Shown piece by piece: positions 12,445 to 24,580 of a DNA stretch of 64,000 nucleotides. Where the stretch lies: positions 1-64,000 of the forward strand of contig LSRY02000025.1 in assembly GCA_001643675.2 (NCBI GenBank), given 5' to 3'. Every line of letters begins with the position of its first letter. Positions within the stretch are counted from its first letter, which is position 1. The stretch comes from Monocercomonoides exilis PA203 (taxonomy: Eukaryota; Protista; Preaxostyla). The notes below the pieces were generated by a model that made no database searches, was not told the DNA's origin, and worked only from the letters and a program-made list of their open reading frames with translations. A program made the translations under genes and the position numbers.

Positions 12445-15400
12445 ATGTTTTTGAAATTAGTATTTTTGCAAGTTGTGCTTTCAATATATTCAGAAGAAGG
12501 AAAAGTGGAAGAAATGTTCGTCAAAAGTAAAGCATCATCGGGTGGAGATGGAACAGAAGGAAATCCTATGGATTCAATTAAAGGAGCATATGATAAGCTT
12601 AATGGTGATACAAGTTCAAGTTCATACATCATTACAATTATAAAGCAAGAAAATAATACGCCCGCGTTAGTGGCAGGAGTGAATGAATTTGATAAAAACG
12701 TTTCATTAATGATCCAAGGAAAACAAAGTGGAAATGGGACTCCTGAGTTAGTGGAAATAAATTGTACATCCACTGAGGAAAATGGCGATACTGGTTCAAG
12801 CAAGGACCTGTTTACTTGCAAGCAAAATGTGACATTCAAGTACCTGAAGTTTATATATCCAATGTCACTTGGAACTGCATCCAATGATGGCAACACATTG
12901 GCTATTATTCATTTGGTTGCAAATTCAGAGGAATCAATTTCAGGGTCATCTGATCTTTTATCCACGACAACAAACTCAGATAATCTATCACCTAATCTAA
13001 CAATAAGCACTTGCCAATTTGCTCGTCCTGCAGGAACAGCCAATATACATTTAGTGAAAGTGGAAGCAGGTGAATTCAACATGGAAGCAGTTTTTTTCAG
13101 TGATGAAAACTACACTGCAAAGTTTTCAACTACTCCGTTTTTATTTGACAAAGCAACAAAAGTGACATTTATTGCATCAACATTCAATAACATCGAATCG
13201 AGTGCAAGTGCAGTAGTGAAGATTGTGGGAAACAATAGTGAAAAGATTGAAGTGAACATCCATGGGTGTACATTTTCCAATTGTAAATCAACAGAAGGAA
13301 CATCTAATGCCACAAGTGGAGCATTGTATGTTGAAAGTAATGGAACAGATAGCAAATTTGATATTTCAGAAAGTAAACGAATTGTAATGCCAACAACATT
13401 TACTTCATGTGAATGCCCCAATGGGAAATCAGGTGGGATATATCTGAAAATGCCAAATATTGAAACTGCAGATAAACTGATATGGTCTGCGGAAGAAAAA
13501 TTGAAGATTAGTGGGTGCAAAGCTGGATCAGAGAAACAGACGTTTTTATATTTGGAAGTGCCTGATGACAAGCTTCAGGCCATTGCTAAAGCAATGAAAG
13601 AGAAATTTGCCAAAAATTATGTGAAAGGAACAAATGACTGGTTTGTTGCAGCTAAGGGAAAAAATAGTGAAGATATTGATTTTACGACATTATATTTTGA
13701 TCCACATGAGGCATATGTTCAAAATGGAGGAAGTGATGGCACAGCAGATGGAACAAAAACAAAACCATTTGGATCTATAAAAAAAGCTTATGAATTATTT
13801 ACAGATTCAAAAGGGTTCGGAGAATTTTCCATTGAAATATTAAAAGAAAAAGGAAAATCTAACCAAGAAGTACTTAAAGCAGAAGCTGTGACATTCTCAA
13901 AAGAGACAGGAATTACTATAGAAGGAGTGGTAGAAGCAGAGGAAACTGCAAGCGAAGCTGAGACTAAAGTTGAGATTGATTGTAGCGCTGTTGATAAAGC
14001 GGATCTGTTCACATGTGAGAAAATAGTCACATTCAAGAATTTGATTTTTGATATCAAAGCAACATCCGAACAAGAAACAAGCGTATCTGAAGGAAATGAA
14101 GGACCATTTGCCTTGATTTGCGCAGCTGCAAGAACAGAATATGAAATAAATACAGAATCAGAATCAGTTTCTCTAACAATTGAGTCCTGCAAGTTTAAGA
14201 GACCTTCACAAACCACTACATCTGGGATGCTTTCAAATACAGGGGAAGATATTAAATTTCATCTTGTGAAAGTGAGTTCGGGAACATTGACAATGAATAA
14301 AGTCGAATGCACTTCTGAGAACGAAGTGAAATTTTCAGCAACACCATTTTTAGTTGATGGAACAACAACATTAGTTTCATTGACATCGTTGAATCTGAAG
14401 AATATTACATCAAATAGTAGTGCTGCTATGAAAATTGTTGGCAAAACAGACACAGCTATTTCAGTGAAATTGGACACATGCACATTCACAGAATGCAAAT
14501 CGGAAGATACAACATGTGGAGCATTATATGTAAAGAGCGAACATGCAGAAAGCACATTTATAGTTGAAAATAACGGTCAAACAAAATTCGATGGTTGTAC
14601 ATGTACAAAGGGGAAATCAGGAGCAATATATCTGGAAATGAAAGCAATAACAGAAGCAACTCAATTGTCGTGGCCAGAAACAGGAGATAATTTAGAATTT
14701 ACTAGGTGCAATACTGGTGAAGAAGATACAGCTTCGAATGCTGAAAAGAACACAGGATTATATTTGGATGTACCAGTCAGCCTTCATAGAGATATGGCAA
14801 TAGCGATGAAGAAAAGCTTTGCAGCCAACTACAAGAAAGGAACGAATGAAGGCTTTGTTGTTGCAAAAGGAGCAGATAATGCTAATGAAGTTGATTTCAC
14901 AGAAGTGTATTTTGATCCGAATATAAATGTGTATGTGAGTGCCACAGCAGATAATGATACAAAAAATGGATTAAGCTATGACAACCCAAAGAAAAAACTG
15001 GATACAGCATACAAATTGTTTGGAGTTGGCGTTGGAGGAGAAAAGTTCAAGATCAACATCATCAAAACGAATGAATCATTCAAAGCTGAAGCTGTTATAC
15101 TTGATAAATTTTCATTGATAACGATTGTTGGTGTAACCAAAACAACTGGAGAAGAAACAGAAAAAGAAATTGAGACAGAAGTTACTCTTGATTGCAATGC
15201 TAAATTAGACAGTCATTTGTTCACATGCAAGAGTGAAGTTGAGTTCAGAGGAATTTCCTTCTTATTCCCATTGTCATTGGATAAGACAAAGGAATCAAAT
15301 ACCGATCCACATTCATTGATCGTTGCAGACTGTGAAAATGCTAAGTTGAATTTAGTGAACTGCAAATTTGTGAGACCAGAGCCAGTTGCACCCAGTAATG

Positions 15401-16197
15401 ATGAAAAAGTTGCAAAAATCCATCTTGTTTATGTGAAAGCAGGAGAACTTACAATGAAAGATATCGAATGCAAGGGCGATAACGAAGTGAAATTCCAAGA
15501 ATCTTTGTTTGTTATTAAAGAATCCTCTTCAGTCAAATTTGATACAGTTGAGATCAATAAAGTGAGTGTAGCAGATGGAGCAGCAATTATCGTTCAGGAT
15601 GCCACTGATAAAGTTTCGAGCGTTAAAATAGAAGGGTTGAACATGAAAGAATTGAAATCAGGGAGTAAGAATTCTGCAGGTATTATGATCAAGATGGTTG
15701 ATGACAATTCAAAAGTTGAAATGGGAAGAGAAAAGATATGTTCATTCAAATCGTGTGAAGCAGCAAGTGGAAAGGCAGGAGCTATTCTCATTGAGATCCA
15801 AAATGCAGTCACTAATTTGAAACTTCCAGGTGAAGGCAAACTTGAATTTGACAACAACAACAAAGGGGAAAATTCGGTGGCATCTTTGTGCATAATTGCT
15901 CCAGACTTTGATAAGTTCAGCCAACAGAAAGACGCCTTTGAGTTTGCGAAGGATTACAACGATGACAATAAAGGATGGATCGTGGGAGCAAAAGAAGAAG
16001 GTGGTGATCTTGAAGATGTGTATGAGAAATACCTGAAGCACAAAGAACCGAAAGATGAGCCAGAACCAGAAAAGAAGAAGTCAAATGCAGGAACTGTTGT
16101 CGCTATCGTTGTTCCAATTGTGGTTGTGGTGATTGTGGTAGTTGTTGTGATTATCGTAATTGTTGTTGTCAGGAAGAAAAGGTCTCGGAACAACTAA
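12445..16197 (+). CDS. Type I membrane surface protein, ~1250 aa, three beta-helix-like modules
   Basis: ATG 12445 starts a signal-peptide-like MFLKLVFLQVVLSIYS. Three modules begin FVKSKASSGGDGTEGNP, YVQNGGSDGTADGTKTKP and YVSATADNDTKNGLSYDNP, each with LFTC, IHLV/FHLV and C..GKxG(G/A)I motifs. Val/Ile TM helix and a short basic tail RKKRSRNN. No intron needed. Confidence 0.9.
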   Translation: MFLKLVFLQVVLSIYSEEGKVEEMFVKSKASSGGDGTEGNPMDSIKGAYDKLNGDTSSSSYIITIIKQENNTPALVAGVNEFDKNVSLMIQGKQSGNGTPELVEINCTSTEENGDTGSSKDLFTCKQNVTFKYLKFIYPMSLGTASNDGNTLAIIHLVANSEESISGSSDLLSTTTNSDNLSPNLTISTCQFARPAGTANIHLVKVEAGEFNMEAVFFSDENYTAKFSTTPFLFDKATKVTFIASTFNNIESSASAVVKIVGNNSEKIEVNIHGCTFSNCKSTEGTSNATSGALYVESNGTDSKFDISESKRIVMPTTFTSCECPNGKSGGIYLKMPNIETADKLIWSAEEKLKISGCKAGSEKQTFLYLEVPDDKLQAIAKAMKEKFAKNYVKGTNDWFVAAKGKNSEDIDFTTLYFDPHEAYVQNGGSDGTADGTKTKPFGSIKKAYELFTDSKGFGEFSIEILKEKGKSNQEVLKAEAVTFSKETGITIEGVVEAEETASEAETKVEIDCSAVDKADLFTCEKIVTFKNLIFDIKATSEQETSVSEGNEGPFALICAAARTEYEINTESESVSLTIESCKFKRPSQTTTSGMLSNTGEDIKFHLVKVSSGTLTMNKVECTSENEVKFSATPFLVDGTTTLVSLTSLNLKNITSNSSAAMKIVGKTDTAISVKLDTCTFTECKSEDTTCGALYVKSEHAESTFIVENNGQTKFDGCTCTKGKSGAIYLEMKAITEATQLSWPETGDNLEFTRCNTGEEDTASNAEKNTGLYLDVPVSLHRDMAIAMKKSFAANYKKGTNEGFVVAKGADNANEVDFTEVYFDPNINVYVSATADNDTKNGLSYDNPKKKLDTAYKLFGVGVGGEKFKINIIKTNESFKAEAVILDKFSLITIVGVTKTTGEETEKEIETEVTLDCNAKLDSHLFTCKSEVEFRGISFLFPLSLDKTKESNTDPHSLIVADCENAKLNLVNCKFVRPEPVAPSNDEKVAKIHLVYVKAGELTMKDIECKGDNEVKFQESLFVIKESSSVKFDTVEINKVSVADGAAIIVQDATDKVSSVKIEGLNMKELKSGSKNSAGIMIKMVDDNSKVEMGREKICSFKSCEAASGKAGAILIEIQNAVTNLKLPGEGKLEFDNNNKGENSVASLCIIAPDFDKFSQQKDAFEFAKDYNDDNKGWIVGAKEEGGDLEDVYEKYLKHKEPKDEPEPEKKKSNAGTVVAIVVPIVVVVIVVVVVIIVIVVVRKKRSRNN

Positions 16198-16838
16198 AAC
16201 AATGGAGGAGTAAAGTCAGTAATTGTTATTGATGAATATTGACAAAGAAAAATTACATGCTTATTATTTTTTCTTTTTTGATTTTATTCATAAGTTATAC
16301 CCGTAAAGCAGATGTTTTGCATTTTTATTGATATGCTTGTTTGTTGCAACCAAATGAGCGATATTAACTATTTTTCCTTCTTTTGTTATCTTTTCTTTTG
16401 CTTTTTTATTTTCAAGTTTTATTATTTATAATAGTTTCTGGCTCAACGCCATGCACTATTTTCATCGTTGAGGCAGTTATCAGTCCATGATGAATATATT
16501 AGTTTTTGTTGTCTTTCAATTTTTTTTCAAATTAATATTATTATCATCACTAATTTGTTATTCACTTTTGCTCCTTAAAAAAAATTGAATTATTATAATC
16601 AATTTTTGATGATTGGTTTTATAAAAAGAACGTTGACATTTATAGATTTATTTTTTTCAATAACGAATAATTTAAGAAACACAAATGTTGAAAGAGAATA
16701 AGCATTGATTTGTGTCAACTGATTCAGAAAAAAAAAATTGTTAGCTTCAGATTTTTATTAGTACCAACTTTATTATTGAATCCAAAATATTTATTCTTTT
16801 TATATTGTAATAAATACTTTATGAGAAAAAATGGCATA

Positions 16839-18882
16839 GGGTGATTTTTTTATCCGGACATAATTTTTATTTTTTGATAGAAAAAAAATATTTTTTTATA
16901 AATCGCATGTTAAAATTTTCGAAAAAACGCAACAATCAATAGTAAATATAATCCATCAATTCTCTTTTAATAATTTTTCTGGTATTTCTTCGTTCATTAT
17001 CATCTTCAAAATCATCATCTTTTAAAATTTGGGATTTTGATATTTTTCTTTTTTTCGGCTTGTCTTCAGAAAACAAATCTTTTTCAATTTTTTCTTCAGC
17101 AGAATCATCAATATTCTTTTCATCTTTCATCTTTTTGTATTCTTTCCATTCATCTAAAAATGCTTGGTCGGTAATATTTTTTCCATGGAAATTGAAACGA
17201 TGGGTTTTTTTTTCAGCTGAACTGAAGGAGTGTCAGGCAACTTCACCAATACAGTATTGGACTGCCCAGACAACACTCCGCTCTTTTCAAATGCAGAGTG
17301 AATTGTTGAAGGAAGCAATGCAGTTTGCAAAGCCTGTGGCAAGGCATTTGCAACTGCTTTTCGTCTGAGTGCGATCGAAGAAGAAGATGGAACAACATAG
17401 TTTGAATTGAAACATCTTTTGAACACAGCAAAAACTCCGCAGTCAAGTGGCTGTGTAAGATGAGTGCTGTGTGGAATAAATGTTACCACGTCAATTGATG
17501 AATCTGCAAATTTTTGCCACAGATCTGGCTGTGCTCTTGAAGGATGAGAATCCAAGAGAAGCAAGCATCTTTCTTCATTCATATCCAGCAATTTTCTTCT
17601 TTGGACAATTCCAGGCAGTAGTATCTCTTCAGCATAGCGAGCAAACAGTGCATCAGTCATCCATCCATCATTGTCTGCCCAGGCGTGAAGCTGCGGGCTG
17701 AGCAAGACCTTCATTTCTTGTGGAAGTTTTTTAGATGGCCAAAGAACAAGGCTTGGTAAAGAATAACCATCAGCTGCAACTGCAACCACAAGGGTGGAGT
17801 TTGGCATGTTGATTGGTGTTTTGGAAAACCCGACTGGAACATCTGAAGGATGAACGGCTAGTTGTTTTGTGGTGTCGGAAAGGCGTAAAGAGGATTCGTC
17901 GGTGTTGAAGATGAGAGAAGGAGAGTATTTGTGGGAATCATGAAGTGATTGAAGAAGAGAGAAGAAAGGTTGAAGAGATTGTTTGTTTGATACCGATAAA
18001 CGTTGAATATCAACGTTATGAGGAATGGACGTTTTAAGATCGGGATTGCGTTTGACAAACGAATACGGAGTTGATTTTGAAATTTTAACTTCTTGATCTT
18101 CTACTTCTCCACTTCGAATTTTTCTATCAGTTAGCACGGATTCCATCTTTCATTATAATAAATAAAAAATATAAATAAGAAAAACATAAAAATGCAAACC
18201 AATTGTTTTGTTTGAGTTACAGAATAACTCACTCCTGTCATGCTTTCTATTCTGATGACTCCTGTAATCACTTCTTTATCTTCTGTAGTGAACAGCTCTG
18301 GTCGACCAACTTTTCCCACGGTTCTTCCATTTTCAACAGCAGTAACGGCTCGGTTGATCGATGAACGAGAGAATTCCTTAAGATTAGCAGCGTCGGTAAC
18401 ACGGCATTTTCCATCAGCAATTATCGTCGCAATACGTACTAATCGATTTTTGATTTGACGATACTGGAAAGATTTCATCAAATCTCTCAATTTCGCCAAT
18501 CCAATTTCTTTTCTTTGTTTCACAACGCTCATACAAATAAAATATTGGTCAAGATCTAATTTTAATATTTTAAAAAAATTTTTTTTGAAATGAAAAAAAT
18601 AAAAAAATTTTTTTTCGATTAAATTCTAACTTAGTAATACCCCTTGCTATTGCCTAATCTCCTCAGGGGAGGCACAAATCAGAGATGGAGGAGCTAACTC
18701 CCCCCCCCCCCCCCCCCCCCCCCCCATCAGAGATTAGGTATAGTAATTTAATCTTAATTTCTAACTTCTGACTTTTCCTTATATACTAATAACAAGTAAT
18801 AAAATATGAAAAGTGGGTAGATTAAACTAATTATTAAAAATTTTGTCCGGATAAAAAAAATGTCCGGATAAAAAAACCACCC
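16839..18882 (-). mobile_element. pogo/Fot1-type DNA transposon, right copy
   Basis: TA(16837-8)|GGGTGATTTTTTTATCCGGACA ... TGTCCGGATAAAAAAACCACCC|TA(18883-4). Mirror of 5726-7748 including flanks. Confidence 0.93.
16936..18532 (-). CDS. DD35D transposase; intron 18147-18199; frameshift at T9 17205-17213
   Basis: ORFs 18131-18532, 17154-18146 and 16936-17130 join via the intron and a -1 shift, giving ...LKKK-THRFNFHGKNITDQAFLDEWKEYKKMKDE...YIYY*. Confidence 0.88.
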
Positions 18883-19455
18883 TAGGTACATCTGTTCTTC
18901 TTTTGCAATTTGCATTGTAAGAAATTAACTTTATGATGAAATAATTCTTAATTATAAATTATAACTTTTTAGTGGACGAATTTTTCGTAATTGTTTTTTC
19001 TTGTGGCAAAAATTCAATTTTGTAAAATCACTCATAAATATGACAATTTTTTATCAAAAGAAATATTTAAGGATTACTACCTATAATAAAATACATGCAA
19101 TGCTTTTAATTGTTATATTAACCTTTTGTATTAACGAATTTCTGAGAAATAACACATTTATAGAAATTAAAATTTTTATAAAGAATTTTTTGATCTGTCC
19201 CATAATAAACTTTTCAATCTCTAAAAACTTAGAATTACATTTTTTGAATGATGCATGGAGTATACGCTGGTGAATGAATATTAATTTTAATATATTTCTA
19301 TTTATAAATTGTTTGCACCGATCGTTATTAAAGATATTATTATATTGTTTGAAAAATTTTATTATTGCATTGCGAAGCCTTTATGTGTGCAATATGGAAC
19401 TATATGAATCCAACATTATTGGATGTTATTCAAAATATATTTTGAATGCAGATGG

Positions 19456-22400
19456 ATGTTTGCTTTTCTATTTTTATTTTATTGTTATGCAAAAATTATT
19501 TCTATAAACAAAACAAATTATAACTTTTCTTCTAAGTCAATATGGAATGATGAAGATAAGATAGAAACAAATGAAAAAGGAGAGACAGTATTCTTTACAT
19601 TGAGTAGCTCTGGATCGATGAAGATGAGTGACTCAATAATCAGTAAATGCAGCTGCACCAATGGGAAAGGAGGAGGGGTGTATCTGATCACAAAGGAAAG
19701 AGGTGAATTGAATTTTGCATTTGTGGGGATGAAATTCAGCGCAAACACAGCAAGAGTGGGGAATGATATTTTCATTGAATGCTTTAGCATTGCATCGCAG
19801 ATCAATGAAACCCAATTTCAATTTGATCTTCGAGAGAATAATTATTCACGAATTAATGGGATATGTGGGAGAGAGGAGTGTGATTATCCAATCGATACAA
19901 ATTTGATGGTATTAATAACGATCCATCAGAGCGACACAATCATTGTGAGCAATGTTAATGGATCTGATGAGAGGCAATGTGGAACAAACACATTTCCATG
20001 TTATTCAATTGATTATGGACTGATGCATCTGACTTCTGATTTTATGAGTCAAATGATTGTTATTGGAGAGAGTGTGATTGGTGGTGAAATAAGTCTGAAG
20101 GAAATGAGTTTGAGCTCGAAGAGCAGAGAAAATTGCAAGGTTGAAGTGAAACCAAGTATTGAAAAAACAAAGGATTCTTTGATTTCAACAATTGGAACAG
20201 TTTCATTGGTGAGAGTGAACTTTGTGTTTGATTCAGATTTCATTTTTTCTCATGAATCACTAATATCACCAGAAGGAGGACTTCTTGAAATGATGAATTG
20301 TTCATTTGACTCAAAACAATCGAATGAAGAAGGAAATGCTGCTTTTGCAAACATTCCATTTCATCTAATAAATATGGAAAAAGGAGAATTACAACTTGAT
20401 GGATATGCAATGTCAAATCTCATTCTTCAAGAATCTGCTTTGCATCTTTCATCACCACTTCCATCAGCAATTTATTTATTCACGATTTGTGGTTCAACAT
20501 TTTTAACTTCTTTGATAGATATTAATGAATGCGGTCAATTGAATATGGACAGATTAAAGGTTGAAAGTATCTCAATTGCAAGTAATGAAGAATCATTGAT
20601 GTCATGCTTTTCAATGAAAAAGACGATACAGTTGACAAATTGCACAATGGGAGAAACAACCACAAAGACCACAAAAGGAAAATTGATGAAATTGGAGGAT
20701 TGCTTGGATGTGAAAATGGACAGTTGCATTTTCGATGGAATGACAAAGGAAAGAAACGAGAAGAATTTGAAGGTGGAAGAGATGTGCAGATGGTCAGGAT
20801 CTCTTGTGGATATCGCCAAGAGTTCTGTTTTGATGAAAGACACAACAATCTCGAATTCAGCTGAAGGAGGAATAACATTGAGTGGAGGAAATATCATGAT
20901 CGAGAAAGGAGAGTTCATGAATAACAATCCTTCAATTGAAGAATATCCATCATTGAGAAGGAATATCATCTGTTCAGATTCAGAAATATTGAATATGATG
21001 AGTTTGAAAGGAGGAGATGGATTGAAGGATAATACTTCACTTTGGATATTGAATGAAGGATGCAGTTTTGAAGGTGTTGTTTCTGAAAGAGATTCATCAT
21101 TCTTTATTCCAGTTCTGGAGAGTGTGGAAGCAAAAGAATCAACAGATAGAATGAAGTTGACATTCAAAATGATGCCACTTGTTCCATGCAATCTGTCATT
21201 CTCAGTTGTGAAGAGGAAGGGAGATGAGAATGAGATTGAAAAACATGATTTTGATTCAAATGGATTTCTATCAGAAAGGGAAGTTGAAGGGAGTGTGGGA
21301 AAAGGTCTTATCAGCAGTTGTGGAAATGAAATAGAAATGAGCGTGCATATCTTTTTTGGGAATGCTGATTCTCCTTCATCAACAAACTCTTTCATTCTGA
21401 AGAACAGAAGTGAAAGTCAGGCAAATGGAGATGAAAAATCTGTTGAAAGCGGAAAAGAAGGAAAATCGATTTGGACAATCATTGTGATTGTGCTCGTTGT
21501 TATTCTGTTGATCGTTCTTATTGTGTCTGTTGTTTTGGCAGTTCGATGGAGAAGAGCAAAGAATGAGAATAAAGATGTGAGAGAGATTGTGAACGATGAA
21601 GTGAAAAAGTATCCGAAAATGGTTGAGATGGTGACGATGGAGATGTTACCTGAGGCACAGTGGAGAAGAGCAGAAAGAGAGGCAGAGACGAAGAATGAAG
21701 AGAGGATGAAGAAGAGAATATATGAGAAAAGCTTGGGTCATTCAGAGTCATCAGAGCATTTGTTGAGTGAAAGTTGACCAACAGAATTCATTCTGGGGAG
21801 GGATTCAGACAAGATTCCTCAATGGATGCTGGAAAAGGTTGTTGAAGAAGAGACAAGGAAGAGAACGCCATCACCATCCATTTCATCAACTTCAACGATT
21901 GATTCAAATTCGACATTTGTCGAGGGGAAGATCTGTGCCCAACCACCTCATCAATGTCGAATCTGGTGGATGCGATGGCTTGTTCATCCCCACATGAGGA
22001 GCTGATAGTGGATCTGAGAGATTCATTGTTCATGCTGCTTCATGGAAGGAACAAGACAAAGGAAATGGCAATTGGCACTCCGAAGGAAAGAGAACAAACA
22101 GCTGCTCAGATCCTGTTCTGGGTTGCAAATCTTGCACTTAATTCATTTGATGAAATGGACAATCCCCTTTCATCTCTTGTAAATCTGAGTCCTCACATTG
22201 TGTTGTTCTCCGGGCACATGGTGATCTGCATTGCGATGCATTTTGATAGTTCTTCACAAGATTTGGATCCATCATCCATCTTGTCATCAACTGTTGTTAC
22301 ATCAGCAAGTGATGATGATGATGATGACTCTCTGCCATCATACGCATTTGAGGATGAGGAAAGCTTCAAAAAAGAGTGCTTGAGGCGGAAGGCGCCTGAG

Positions 22401-22806
22401 CTGCTGATCAACAGGAACATGGGTGCAGCAAAAGAATCAGTCTCGTTCTCTATTGGGATAACACTGTGAGAGTGCTTGACATTGGAGATCCCGTTTTGGG
22501 AGTGTGAGGCTGAGACGGTGGGGAAGAAGATTGTGATGGAGAAAGACCAGATATGGCTGCAGTTTGCGCTCTTCTTTTTGTGAATTGGTCAAATTGACAG
22601 TGAGCGAGAAGCAAGGAGCAAGGCCAACACCGAGCGAACTGAAACGAGAATTCATCCAAAGATTTCCAGCAGGAGCTGTGATTCTCACTATATCCGATGC
22701 AGTCATCCACCAGGAAGGATATCCGGAAAACTCAAAAGTGGAGCAATCCGGATCTTTGGCTTCCTCAGAAATAATGTTCATCAACAGTCAAAGCACTTTC
22801 ACCTGA
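19456..22806 (+). pseudogene. Receptor-like TM protein with degenerate kinase C-lobe; paralogue of 54496-63612
   Basis: Hydrophobic N-terminus (MFAFLFLFYCYA), GGGVYL and QCGTNTFPC ectodomain motifs, TM WTIIVIVLVVILLIVLIVSVVLAV, then PTTSSMSNL..DLRDSLF, NLSPHIVLF, RRKAPELL and LEIPF. In-frame TGA at 21775 and 22467 in both arms, plus frameshifts near 21920 and 22570. Confidence 0.8.
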
Positions 22807-23179
22807 ATGAGCTGAAGAATGATTAACATCAAAGTTGAAGTTATTAATGACAAAAAATGAAGAAACAAAGATGTTTTTGAGAGATATGCAACCGAAAAGA
22901 ATGATGGCTATTGATAATAATCGAATATCCAGCCAAGTTTTCAGCGTGAAATCCAGACTGAAAAGGAAGCAGATATTCCTTTTCAATCCATTTTTATTTT
23001 GAGATTTTCATGGAATAGATGTGTATTGGGTCTTTGATTTACAATAATCCTGCTCATATAGATAATAGCAAGCATTGTCTTTTTCACTTTTTGTTGCTCT
23101 TCGAAGACTCACTTTGAAAGCCAAATAAGTTGTGAATGCTTTCTCAAAATAGTTTCAAATCAGAATCATTGCAATAACT

Positions 23180-24580
23180 TTAAAGTCCTTGAATCGCATT
23201 TGAAAATTCTGGATATTTTTTTTTTGATGAAAGCTCCCTTTCAACATATAATTTCAATATTTCGCGGATCTTGCAAAACTGGCAATTTGAATTTCTTTCA
23301 TTGAAAAAGGGCAGCAAGTATGAGACAAAAGCATCCATTGATTTGATTTTTATCTTATTTTCAACTGCCTTCATCTCTTTTATCTCTGACAATTTCCTCT
23401 CTTCTGTAATCGCTTTCTGTTCCCTTCATTTAGAATTGCACCAATTGGATGATTTTTCATTTTTCCATTGAAAAATACCTGAAAAGTTGTTCTTCCAATT
23501 TCATTCTTTTCTTTTGCAACTTTAAGTCCAATTTCGACTTTTCTTGATTGATGCCTTTTTTGGAAGCAGGAGAATCATTCGCCTGTTCAATCCATCGAAA
23601 ATCGCAAGATCACAAAGAAAGATTCTCACCAAATATGAGACGAATTGCAAAACATTCAAAGGATAAAGAAAGAGTTGAAAAAACTGAAATCAAGACAAAT
23701 AGGATCTCAAAAACAAAAGCACTCAGAAAACAAGCAAACTTTAAATTCATCAGTCAAGAATCAGCAAAGAAATTGTTTTTACAAAAACACTCCTTTGTCC
23801 CCCAAAAATTGAGTGAAATAAAGAAGAATGAACATTATTTCCCAATGTTGAAGAACAAACATGCCAACATTGTTGCTTCCATTGAATATTTTGCCTTTAA
23901 TAAACCTTGAGATAAATTGTCGATATTTTTGAGCAATTGAAATCTGTGGCTGTTGGCCTGTTGTGAAGAAGGAAAAAAGACTCATAAAATGCACATTTTG
24001 AATGCAATCAATTGGCAAACCTTGAATTAATTCTCATTTATCTTCGTTCAGAGAGCCCACGTATTTGTTTCCACAAAATACTGTTTTGCGATCTCTGGCA
24101 GAATGCAAAAATGGTGCAGAAACACAAATCAACTTCCTTGATCTCTCTTTTTTCTCTCAGAACCGAAAAGGGATTTTGTCTTGAGCCAATCAACAAAGCC
24201 CAAAGAATGTCCTCTCAAATTTCAATCTCTATCTCAAACAGCTTGTTTATTTCAAGTTGCTTTTCTTGGTCTCTATGGCCCTATGGACAGTATCTGCCAT
24301 GCAAAGGAGTCATTCATGCAAGTTGAGGCAAACAGCCAGATTTCGGAATAATGATTTTATAGGAATGTGTTCGTGTATCCAGGTTGATAAGAGTCAATGC
24401 TATTGAAGCCTCTCAGCTTTGCATGTGGTCATTGCGCACCCAGGTCGGACATTTTGACAAGAAGTCATCTCAAATTGCCAAATAATGCAAAACGACTTGA
24501 AAATTTGATTTCACATCCAATAATACCTTTTCTCACTGAATGTCACCAAGTGCAAATTTTCGTATCACCGCAAACAGGAA
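23180..24580 (-). pseudogene. Decayed hypothetical protein gene (right copy of 61-1445)
   Basis: Reverse-complement copy of the left-arm decayed ORF. Confidence 0.4.

Noticed and set aside
5726-18882. Composite transposon of two inverted pogo copies carrying the surface-protein genes
   Set aside because: Mirror symmetry extends more than 5.7 kb beyond both elements and includes their TA sites, so this is one insertion duplicated by the palindrome.
21775-22469. UGA recoded as Trp or Sec
   Set aside because: TGA ends intact genes here (26564, 33866, 37377, 40284), and the long intact ORFs use TGG with no internal TGA. Internal TGAs occur only in degraded copies.
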